Below are positions 24,792 through 32,000 of a stretch of 32,000 nucleotides of DNA, in pieces. The notes under the pieces are model-generated. The model saw only the letters and a program-made list of their open reading frames with translations. It searched no databases and was not told where the DNA came from. The stretch comes from Candidatus Nanoarchaeia archaeon. GTDB lineage: Archaea > Nanobdellota > Nanobdellia > Woesearchaeales > JANQNC01. The position numbers and the translations under genes were made by a program. How positions within the stretch are numbered: position 1 is the first letter of the stretch; each line of letters starts with the position of its first letter. Where the stretch lies: assembly GCA_028279745.1 (NCBI GenBank), contig JANQNC010000001.1, positions 570,001 to 602,000 of the forward strand, read 5' to 3'.

Positions 24792-26315
24792 TTATTCTTT
24801 AGGTGAGATTTTGATTAATGTTTCGTTGGTAGGATCTAATAGTTGATCTGTGTGCAAGTAACCTTCGAAAACAGTAGAACCAACTTTAGAAAGTTGATAG
24901 TTAGAATCAAGATAATCCAACAATGGCTGACCACCATAATTTATTGCAGAACTCCAGGTTGTATAAACAGGTCTTCCTTCATCTAATGCGGCGGTTAGTT
25001 TTGGTAATAGCTCTTCAGACTCAACCAATACAAACTCCCTGTTAGCATAGTAGTCAACAAAAATCCAATAATACCCCGAGATCAAGATCAATGAGTTAGG
25101 CTCTGTTGTTTCTTCCATATACATAAAGAACTCTTTAGTTCCAACAGTGTCATGTCTGTACTTTATGACGGGATAAGCTGTTGCAAAAGTTGAGATTAAG
25201 ATGAATAGCAGTAAGATCATGCCTATCAGTCTGGACTTTTTGAAAATATGTTCAAGACCGATTGAGCCTACGAAAATGAAAGGTAAAAATAAGACTAATA
25301 ACATTCTTGGTCGGTAAACTGCGTTGGCAGTCATAACAAAAATGAAAACTATCAATGATGCAAGGAAATATATTGATATCTTTCGGTATACTTTTTTGAA
25401 GAAGATAAGATATAAAGCAAATATGAATGAAAGAGAGAATACCATAGTGAAAATATTATTTAGATCAAGCAATATAGGAGTAAGCATAGTTCCGTAAGAA
25501 GTTTTCTGGCCGAAAAGCATGGTCTTTATTGTTGTGCCAAGCCAGAACTTAAGTTCTAATAAAATAATTATTAAGAAAGGTATGAAAAGATAAAGGAAAT
25601 TCCTTAACTTGAATTTCAAGTCAGGTATCTTAAAAGAGAACTTCTTATCCTTGAATGAAAAATGAGGGAAAATGTAAAAAGCAAAGTATAATGGAAGAAG
25701 CATAAGTTTTATTTCCCTTGTCCCCATACAGAGAGCAATGGTCCCTCCTGACAAGGCTAAGAAAAGTTTTGACTTGTCTTCCAAGCCTTTGAATAAAAGA
25801 TAGAAAGCAAGGATAAGATAGAACTGACTAAACCCATGTTCTTTACCTGAAGTGATTGCGTTAAGCAGAACATAGTTAAAACCGTAAATCAAAGTTACTA
25901 TTGTTGCAAGAATGTCACTCTTTGAGATAATCTTGGTTAGCTTGTACATGAAGAATACTGCTAAAGATGCCAAGATAATATTTAGGTATATGTATAAGAA
26001 TTCTGCAGATGTGTTTCCAGTAATAAGCTTGAAAGGTGCAAAGAAAATCATAGTTGTTAAAGGAACAACACCTCTCCAACCAATCTCATCAGTTTCTCCC
26101 GAGAGAAGGTTTTCAGTTTTCCAAGGCCAACCAGTACTATCACCATGCAACAAACCATTAGCTGAGAAAGAAATACAGATTATCAAGAACAACGCAGTTA
26201 TTATGAAAGGGAGAAATTTAACAGGGATCTTAATCTTGTCAACAACATTATTCAACCTACTATTTAACTTAGAAAAAACCGACAAATTCACGTTTAGCTC
26301 TTCTTCATCCGGCAA
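24792..26315 (-). CDS. polytopic membrane protein, probable GT-C-fold glycosyltransferase (family unresolved)
   Basis: At least 10 hydrophobic segments followed by a soluble C-terminal domain of about 110 aa. It sits in the glycosylation cluster. No WWDYG motif was seen, so no STT3/AglB call. Confidence 0.6.
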   Translation of the reverse strand: MPDEEELNVNLSVFSKLNSRLNNVVDKIKIPVKFLPFIITALFLIICISFSANGLLHGDSTGWPWKTENLLSGETDEIGWRGVVPLTTMIFFAPFKLITGNTSAEFLYIYLNIILASLAVFFMYKLTKIISKSDILATIVTLIYGFNYVLLNAITSGKEHGFSQFYLILAFYLLFKGLEDKSKLFLALSGGTIALCMGTREIKLMLLPLYFAFYIFPHFSFKDKKFSFKIPDLKFKLRNFLYLFIPFLIIILLELKFWLGTTIKTMLFGQKTSYGTMLTPILLDLNNIFTMVFSLSFIFALYLIFFKKVYRKISIYFLASLIVFIFVMTANAVYRPRMLLVLFLPFIFVGSIGLEHIFKKSRLIGMILLLFILISTFATAYPVIKYRHDTVGTKEFFMYMEETTEPNSLILISGYYWIFVDYYANREFVLVESEELLPKLTAALDEGRPVYTTWSSAINYGGQPLLDYLDSNYQLSKVGSTVFEGYLHTDQLLDPTNETLIKISPKE

Positions 26316-26395
26316 GATACCCCTCCTCTTTTTTAGCCATCACTCTAAGGACTTCTGTATTTAAATGTTTGGATAATGAGAATTTATAAAAAAAA

Positions 26396-26510
26396 GAGGA
26401 CAGCTTCCAGCATTTCCCGTTCATGAGAACAGTACAGTACTGAACGGAGGATTGCTTAACTTCCGTGTTCGAAATGGGAACGGGTGGAACCAAACCCCTT
26501 TGGCCGTCCA
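26396..26510 (-). rRNA. rrf: 5S ribosomal RNA (archaeal type), not linked to 16S/23S in this window
   Basis: The minus strand reads GGACGGCCAAAGGGGUUUGGUUCCACCCGUUCCCAUUUCGAACACGGAAGUUAAGC...GGAAGCUGUCC. It contains the conserved CCCAUUUCGAAC.CGGAAGUUAAGC core. Helix I pairs GGACGGC with GCUGUCC. TATA TTTATAAA (26532-26539) lies about 25 nt upstream and a U8 run follows directly (26388-26395). Confidence 0.9.
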
Positions 26511-26604
26511 TTATTGAGGAATAATAAATCCTTTATAAAGATTATGGATAGTATATAAAAAAGCTTATAAATGGAGTTAGGTGAATGGATGAAGGGGTGT
26601 GGTA

Positions 26605-28452
26605 ATGAGCTTATTCAGCATAATACTGTTTTTTGTATATCTGTGGGGCTTCGGGTTTTCTGTAACTCGATTTGTGAAACACTCTGAAAACTTCTGGGAA
26701 CGAAACATAATGTACTTAGGGGTTGGGTTAGGAGTTTATTCTTTGCTTGTTATAATCTTAAATTGGATACACGTTCCATTAAACTGGTTCATATTCTTAA
26801 TCTTAAGTTTAATAGTTCCTGTTGTTTACTTGGTTAAATCTCTAAAGAAAGAAGAGATAAACTTTGACACTAAAATGTTTAAGTTGACAAAGTCAAACTT
26901 AAGGGTTTGGGTGTTGTTAGTTCTAGCTTTTGTATTATTTTTAGTTTATGTCAAAGGATCATTCAGCTATCCTTGGGTAGAAGATGGAGATCCATTTGAG
27001 CATTTACTTGGGATAGAGTATGTTGCAGAAAAACAAACATGGTTCTTTGAAGATAATGTACTTGAAAAAAGATCCTTGATGCACTACCTAGAACCTTATC
27101 CGCCAACCTATGACGCAATAATAGGAATACAACACCAAGTAACAAACTCAATAGTCTGGACAACAAAAATATTCAACGTTTTCTTAATAACTTTAGGACA
27201 CATATTCTTTTACTTCTTTTTAGCAAGGTTTATGGAGAACAAGAATAAAGCGTTGTTTGCATCATTCTTACTAATCATAATACCTTGTTTCTTAAGCCAT
27301 TTCATATGGTCTTCAACATTAGCAATTACATTATTCTTCCCAGCATTCTACTGTCTGGAAATGATAAAGAAAGATAAGAAGTGGATGTATCCATCTATTG
27401 CATTAATAACTGCAATAATGATCGCACAACCAACTAATAACGTAATATTTGGAATAATGTTTGGCATTTATTGGATAGTAAAATCGATATATGAGAAAAA
27501 GTTTTTAGTTCCTGAATTCTTAGTGGGAGTGGTTGGATTGATTGCTTCTCTGATAATATACTGGATACCTATACTTCTCAGATTTGGATGGGAGAAGTTC
27601 AAAATTGGATTGGTAATAGTCCCAAGTATAGGTTTGGATGTTAATGAAGGTAACTTTTACGGGTTAAGTGATTTTATGAGCTCAGCATTGAATAACAAAA
27701 TAGACAACCCTATTGGATTGGGAATTGTTTTATTTTTACTTGTTGTTGTCTCTGCAATTATTGCGCTTGTAAGATTGAAAAAGTTAGCAAGCAAGAAAAA
27801 TTTATGGGTGACAATAACCTTACTTTGGCTGTTGTTTGCATTCTTAGGATTGCATCAAGCAAGACTGCCACTTCCATTCACACTATTCGCATATAGGTTC
27901 TGGGCAATATTTGCAATACCTGCTGTGATGATAGCTGCAGAAGGTGTTTCTCAGATAATACAGTTGTGCAAGAAACTTAAGTTTTCACATTATTTTGTAA
28001 CAATACCTTTATTTGTGTTGTTATTGGCAACTTCGGCTTATCCAAAATATTCAGTACAAACAGCGATGTGGCCAGCACACGCTTATGGATCTGTAGAGGA
28101 AATGATGTCTTACGAATGGGTAAGAAACTCTATACCTCAAAATAGTTATGTAATTCCATTATGTAACGACAATGACTGGAGCGACAGAAAAATAATAGGT
28201 CTAGATATGATGGTTGAGTTCTGGGATTTAGATCTAAGAGATTTCAGAAGAGGGTGGGTCAATAAATCAACAGACGAGATCCATACAAGACTGAAAGAAA
28301 AAGGATATGAGTTTACAACAATAGACAGTTCATGCGTAACACAAGGATATGATCCTGAAGAAGTACAGAAAAAAGCAGAAGAGATGATCGGAACAGGAAA
28401 ATTCCAACTAATCCATCAAAACACAGGACTTCTTGTCTTTAAGATAATATAA
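26605..28452 (+). CDS. polytopic membrane protein, probable GT-C-fold glycosyltransferase (PMT/ArnT-like; family unresolved)
   Basis: About 13 hydrophobic segments. An acidic first-loop motif (WVEDGDPFEH) is of the kind used by GT-C enzymes. C-terminal soluble domain of about 130 aa. I prefer ATG 26605 (after GAAGGGGTG) over GTG 26599. Confidence 0.6.
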   Translation: MSLFSIILFFVYLWGFGFSVTRFVKHSENFWERNIMYLGVGLGVYSLLVIILNWIHVPLNWFIFLILSLIVPVVYLVKSLKKEEINFDTKMFKLTKSNLRVWVLLVLAFVLFLVYVKGSFSYPWVEDGDPFEHLLGIEYVAEKQTWFFEDNVLEKRSLMHYLEPYPPTYDAIIGIQHQVTNSIVWTTKIFNVFLITLGHIFFYFFLARFMENKNKALFASFLLIIIPCFLSHFIWSSTLAITLFFPAFYCLEMIKKDKKWMYPSIALITAIMIAQPTNNVIFGIMFGIYWIVKSIYEKKFLVPEFLVGVVGLIASLIIYWIPILLRFGWEKFKIGLVIVPSIGLDVNEGNFYGLSDFMSSALNNKIDNPIGLGIVLFLLVVVSAIIALVRLKKLASKKNLWVTITLLWLLFAFLGLHQARLPLPFTLFAYRFWAIFAIPAVMIAAEGVSQIIQLCKKLKFSHYFVTIPLFVLLLATSAYPKYSVQTAMWPAHAYGSVEEMMSYEWVRNSIPQNSYVIPLCNDNDWSDRKIIGLDMMVEFWDLDLRDFRRGWVNKSTDEIHTRLKEKGYEFTTIDSSCVTQGYDPEEVQKKAEEMIGTGKFQLIHQNTGLLVFKII

Positions 28453-28453
28453 A

Positions 28454-29125
28454 ATGGAAGCAAAAGAAAGAGAGAACTTGATTTATTCAAAAGGGAAAGA
28501 TAACCCTATCGAAAAAGAAGAAAAGATAATGATATCTTTATTGCCTGATGCAGATAAAAAAAAATTACTTGATATTGGATGTGGCGTAGGAACAATCTCA
28601 AAAGAGCTGCAAAAAAAAGGATTTGATGTTATAGGCATAGACTTTTCTGATGTTGGTGTGAAGAAGGCAAAAAAGAAAGGAGTGAAAGCAAAAGTATGTG
28701 ACGTTGACAAAAAAGGACTGCCATTCGATAAGAATAGTTTTGGCGTAGTGTGGGCAGGAGACGTTATAGAACACGTGTTTGACCCAATAAATCTATTCAG
28801 AGAGATTACAAGAGTGATGAAACCAAAAGGGAATGTTTTAGTTACAGTACCAAACGATTTTAATCTTCTGATGAGGTTATATGTGCTAATTACAGGCAAT
28901 ACACCACAATACTTAACTTACAAAAATCTGGAGCAGTGTAAACATCATACAATGTTTAGCTGGAAGCTATTGAAATATATGCTGAAAAAAGGGAAGTTAA
29001 AGGTAGAAAAGTTTAGATCAATAGTGCGAGTGCCTTTCACAAAGATAGAGTTCAGTACAAGATTAAAGATAGTTGGAATACTATTTGGGAGAATCTTCAT
29101 AGTTAAAGCAGGATATTTAAGATAA
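28454..29125 (+). CDS. class I SAM-dependent methyltransferase
   Basis: Motif I is LLDIGCGVGTIS. Motif II-like FGVVWAGDVIEHV. Post-I acidic residue in VIGIDFS. Translationally coupled to the upstream gene (1-nt gap). Confidence 0.85.
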   Translation: MEAKERENLIYSKGKDNPIEKEEKIMISLLPDADKKKLLDIGCGVGTISKELQKKGFDVIGIDFSDVGVKKAKKKGVKAKVCDVDKKGLPFDKNSFGVVWAGDVIEHVFDPINLFREITRVMKPKGNVLVTVPNDFNLLMRLYVLITGNTPQYLTYKNLEQCKHHTMFSWKLLKYMLKKGKLKVEKFRSIVRVPFTKIEFSTRLKIVGILFGRIFIVKAGYLR

Positions 29126-29165
29126 GAACATAGCATTTTTAAATTAGATAAAACACTTAACAATC

Positions 29166-30458
29166 ATGACTTTGATCAATTATATATTGGACATGTGGCA
29201 GAATCCATATGTAAAAAAAACAGTAAAAGGATCTGCAGCAGTGTTCTCAATGGCATTACTGACCGGGTTAATAGGTTATGTGATTAGGATTGTATTATCA
29301 AGACAGTTATCGCTTGAGGATTTTGGGCTTTTTTATGCAGTATTCACTTTTGTAATCTTCTTTGATATGTTCAAAAACTTAGGTTTAAACCATGCATTGA
29401 TGAAGTTCATACCTGAGTTTAAAGTAAAGAAAAAATACGGTGAGATAAGGTCAATAATCAAATATGTGTTATTTACAAATTTAACAGCAGCAATAGTTAT
29501 ATCTGCAATCTGGTTAATATTTTCAAATTATCTTGCAGCAAACTATTTCAATAATGTAATATCCACAGAGTTATTATTCATATTATCAATCTACTTTGTC
29601 ATAAGTGTGTTTTTAGACACTCTTGCATACAGCTGTTTAGGATTTCAGAGAAACCTGTTCTTTTCATTAAGGTTATTTTTAATCAACGTGTTTGTGTTGG
29701 CAGGAATTGTTCTGTCTAAAAATTTGGGAGTTATTTCCCCTGCATTATCTTATGCTGGCGCAGTTATACTCACAGGGATAGTTTTTGTGTTTCTTTTCAA
29801 AAAATCTTTCAAAATACCAAAACGAAAAAGCAAGTTTTCATCAAAACTGTACAAACAACTTTTCAAATTTGGGATCCCCCTAACTTTAACAATAGCGGGA
29901 TCTACAATAATCGGCTACATAGATGTTTTAATGCTGACATTCTTCAGAAACTTAGAAGAGGTGGGAGTGTATAGCGCAGTTTTACCTTCAGCAATATTCT
30001 TTTCAGTGATCGGACGAGCAATAGGAACTGTGTTGATTCCAGTTGTATCTGAAATGTGGGCAAAAAAGAAATACAAAGAAGTCAATAGAGGAGTAAAACT
30101 AATCAATTATTATCTATCATTACTACTTGCACCTTTAGTTATAATATTCTTCATATTCTCAAAACAGATAATCACAATACTCTTTGGTGAACAGTTTGCA
30201 ATAGGACATATAGCTTTCAGAATACTCATAATAGGGGCGGCATTCCATTCACTGTTCTCAATTAATGGGAACTCAATAACCGCAAGAGGTAAGCCTCAAA
30301 CCGTGACAAAAATAGTTTTATTTTTAGCAGTTGTTAATATAATAGTAAACTTACTGCTAATTCCAAAATACGGGATGGTGGGTGCAGCAATAGCAACCTC
30401 TTTGAGTTATTTCTTGGGATTCTTACTGATAATAAGAAAATCAAGGTCACCTAAGTAA
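29166..30458 (+). CDS. MOP-superfamily polysaccharide/oligosaccharide flippase (Wzx-like)
   Basis: 430 aa with about 12 TM segments. The N-terminal KGSAAVFSMALLTGLIGYVIRIVLSRQLSLEDFGLF and the C-terminal PKYGMVGAAIATSLSYF are typical of the Polysacc_synt family. Confidence 0.75.
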   Translation: MTLINYILDMWQNPYVKKTVKGSAAVFSMALLTGLIGYVIRIVLSRQLSLEDFGLFYAVFTFVIFFDMFKNLGLNHALMKFIPEFKVKKKYGEIRSIIKYVLFTNLTAAIVISAIWLIFSNYLAANYFNNVISTELLFILSIYFVISVFLDTLAYSCLGFQRNLFFSLRLFLINVFVLAGIVLSKNLGVISPALSYAGAVILTGIVFVFLFKKSFKIPKRKSKFSSKLYKQLFKFGIPLTLTIAGSTIIGYIDVLMLTFFRNLEEVGVYSAVLPSAIFFSVIGRAIGTVLIPVVSEMWAKKKYKEVNRGVKLINYYLSLLLAPLVIIFFIFSKQIITILFGEQFAIGHIAFRILIIGAAFHSLFSINGNSITARGKPQTVTKIVLFLAVVNIIVNLLLIPKYGMVGAAIATSLSYFLGFLLIIRKSRSPK

Positions 30459-31514
30459 AGGTAAGAACCTTTTTAGGAAAGTTTCTGGGCTGTGTTCTTT
30501 AAGGACTTTTGTTTTAGCATTCTTGCCAAAAAAAATCAGTTTCTTGAAATTTATCTTTCCGCCAGATATGAATGACTCAATCGAGTTCGATAAAGACTCT
30601 AGACTGTCTTTTTTGAATATAAACCCGTCTTTTCCGTGAGAGGTGTAACACTTAGTCCCATTATCAGAAGATAATATTACAGGAATCCCATAAGACATCG
30701 CTTCTAGATTTGAATAAGAAGCAGGTTCGTTATTGCTTGGAACAATGTAAAGATCTGATTTTAGGAATAGTTTTTCCATATCTTTGTGAGCCACATTTTT
30801 ATGGATCTTTATATCTATTTTTGCGGAGTTGATCTTCTTCATGACCGCATCATAATAAGCGTTTTTGTAAGAAAGAGCGCCTGCAATAGAGAGATTAAAC
30901 TTTATCTTTGGGTATTTTTCTTGAAGCTGGTTTAATGCTTCAATCAGCAAGATATGATTTTTTCTCTTTTCGTTAAACTTCCCAATGCATAAAATGTTAA
31001 GTGTGCTGCTTGTTTTGAAACTTTTAGTTTTTGAGGATTCAATAGGGCAAGGTATGTAGTGAACATTCTTTAATTCCTTCTTTCCAGTTATGTAACCTTC
31101 TTTCACACTTGCATAGATCATTGTTCTTTTTGGGATAAGCAAGAATTTTACAATAGGGTAAGCTAGTTGATATAATGGGTTCTTAAGGTGCTTAATCTTC
31201 TGAACGTTAACAATGAACTTTAGGCCTTTTAATTTGCAAAAAAACATAGCTAGAAAAGTTGACGGCACATTTATCTCTTTGAGTACAACAAAATCGTAAT
31301 TCTTCTTGATATTCTTCCACAACTGGAAAATGTTTGGAAAAAATAGGCTGTTAATTATTCTTGATTTGATCTTTATAGACTTAAATTCAGCTGGAACCTT
31401 TCTTTGTCCTATAGATAGAAGAGTTACGTCTGCAACTTTGGACAATGATTTCAAAGTATGGTAAACATTAGGGTGGTAGTTCTGGATAAAAAGTATCTTC
31501 TTTTTGGAATTCAT
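30447..31514 (-). CDS. GT-B fold glycosyltransferase, family 4 (Glycos_transf_1)
   Basis: C-terminal EPASYSNLEAMSYGIPVILSSDNG contains the E-x7-E motif of retaining GT4 enzymes. Confidence 0.85.
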   Translation of the reverse strand: MNSKKKILFIQNYHPNVYHTLKSLSKVADVTLLSIGQRKVPAEFKSIKIKSRIINSLFFPNIFQLWKNIKKNYDFVVLKEINVPSTFLAMFFCKLKGLKFIVNVQKIKHLKNPLYQLAYPIVKFLLIPKRTMIYASVKEGYITGKKELKNVHYIPCPIESSKTKSFKTSSTLNILCIGKFNEKRKNHILLIEALNQLQEKYPKIKFNLSIAGALSYKNAYYDAVMKKINSAKIDIKIHKNVAHKDMEKLFLKSDLYIVPSNNEPASYSNLEAMSYGIPVILSSDNGTKCYTSHGKDGFIFKKDSLESLSNSIESFISGGKINFKKLIFFGKNAKTKVLKEHSPETFLKRFLPLLR

Positions 31515-31999
31515 TTTTTCTTAAGTATGAAAAGCAGTTGAGGAGCATAAACTTTTCTAAAGAATGAAAAGAAACGTTCAACAAAGTACTGCCAGTTTGT
31601 TTTAGGATCAAAGTAGTAATATACTGAAAGAATTTTTAGGTCAAATCTCTCAGCCAACTGTTTTAAAGTGTAATAATCATAATAACAAGAATGGTTCTTA
31701 TTTGGTATAATTTTACCGAATAAAAGATTTCTTAAAACAGTTCTGATTCCAAAAGCGTTAGGTGTAGATAATGCAATCTTCCCATCTGTTTTTAGGTGTT
31801 TTTTGATGTTTTCAATAAAAAGGCCGGCATTTGAAACATGCTCAATGAGTTCACCTGCAACGATAACATCAAATTTCTTGTTTAGCTTAAAGGTTTCAGC
31901 GTTGCCTGCAACTATATTATAGCCTTTACTGCTTAGTTTCTTTACCTCTTCCTTAGCCATATCAACACCCGTGACTTCTTTTGCGACTGATTGGATCAA
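31511..31999 (-). CDS. SAM-dependent methyltransferase (Methyltransf_11/23-like), N-terminus beyond the window edge
   Basis: DVIVAGELIEHV and GKIALSTPN motifs. The ORF runs off the window end. Its stop overlaps the GT4 start by 4 nt. Confidence 0.7.
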   Translation of the reverse strand: MIQSVAKEVTGVDMAKEEVKKLSSKGYNIVAGNAETFKLNKKFDVIVAGELIEHVSNAGLFIENIKKHLKTDGKIALSTPNAFGIRTVLRNLLFGKIIPNKNHSCYYDYYTLKQLAERFDLKILSVYYYFDPKTNWQYFVERFFSFFRKVYAPQLLFILKKK

Positions 32000-32000
32000 T

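Noticed and set aside
26305-26511. 68-aa ORF on the minus strand.
   Set aside because: It coincides with the 5S rRNA gene. The open frame is a by-product of the G+C-rich RNA sequence.

Overview
AT-rich chromosomal fragment, about one-third G+C by eye (not computed). It is archaeal. The evidence is an archaeal-type 5S rRNA, an intron-containing tRNA, TTTATA-type TATA boxes about 25-30 nt upstream of starts, oligo-T terminators, and a mix of leaderless and GGAGG-led genes. Small genes, sparse metabolism and a heavy surface-protein load suggest a DPANN-like small-genome archaeon; that is inference.

Layout:
- 1-5.3 kb: scattered housekeeping genes (dPGM-like mutase, HAD hydrolase, DUF3795-like Cys-rich protein, PLD-family lipoprotein, DUF192).
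- 5.3-8.1 kb: two large orphan envelope proteins.
- 8.23-8.45 kb: a tRNA-Trp(CCA) gene that appears to carry two introns, followed directly by an amino-acid permease and UppS.
- 10.6-19.9 kb: a co-oriented block of six secreted or membrane-anchored proteins, including a 10x PKD-repeat giant with near-identical internal DNA repeats.
- 20.4-22.0 kb: a stand-alone ABC-type ATPase fused to a Toprim-like domain (OLD/PARIS-like defence candidate).
- 22-32 kb: a glycosylation/envelope cluster (GT2, GT4, two GT-C-like polytopic proteins, Wzx-like flippase, two SAM methyltransferases). A truncated NFACT/RqcH-like gene coupled to an NSUN-type RNA m5C methyltransferase and an orphan 5S rRNA gene are embedded in it.

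No CRISPR array, integrase or transposase was recognised. All protein calls rest on motif recognition by eye; no searches were run.
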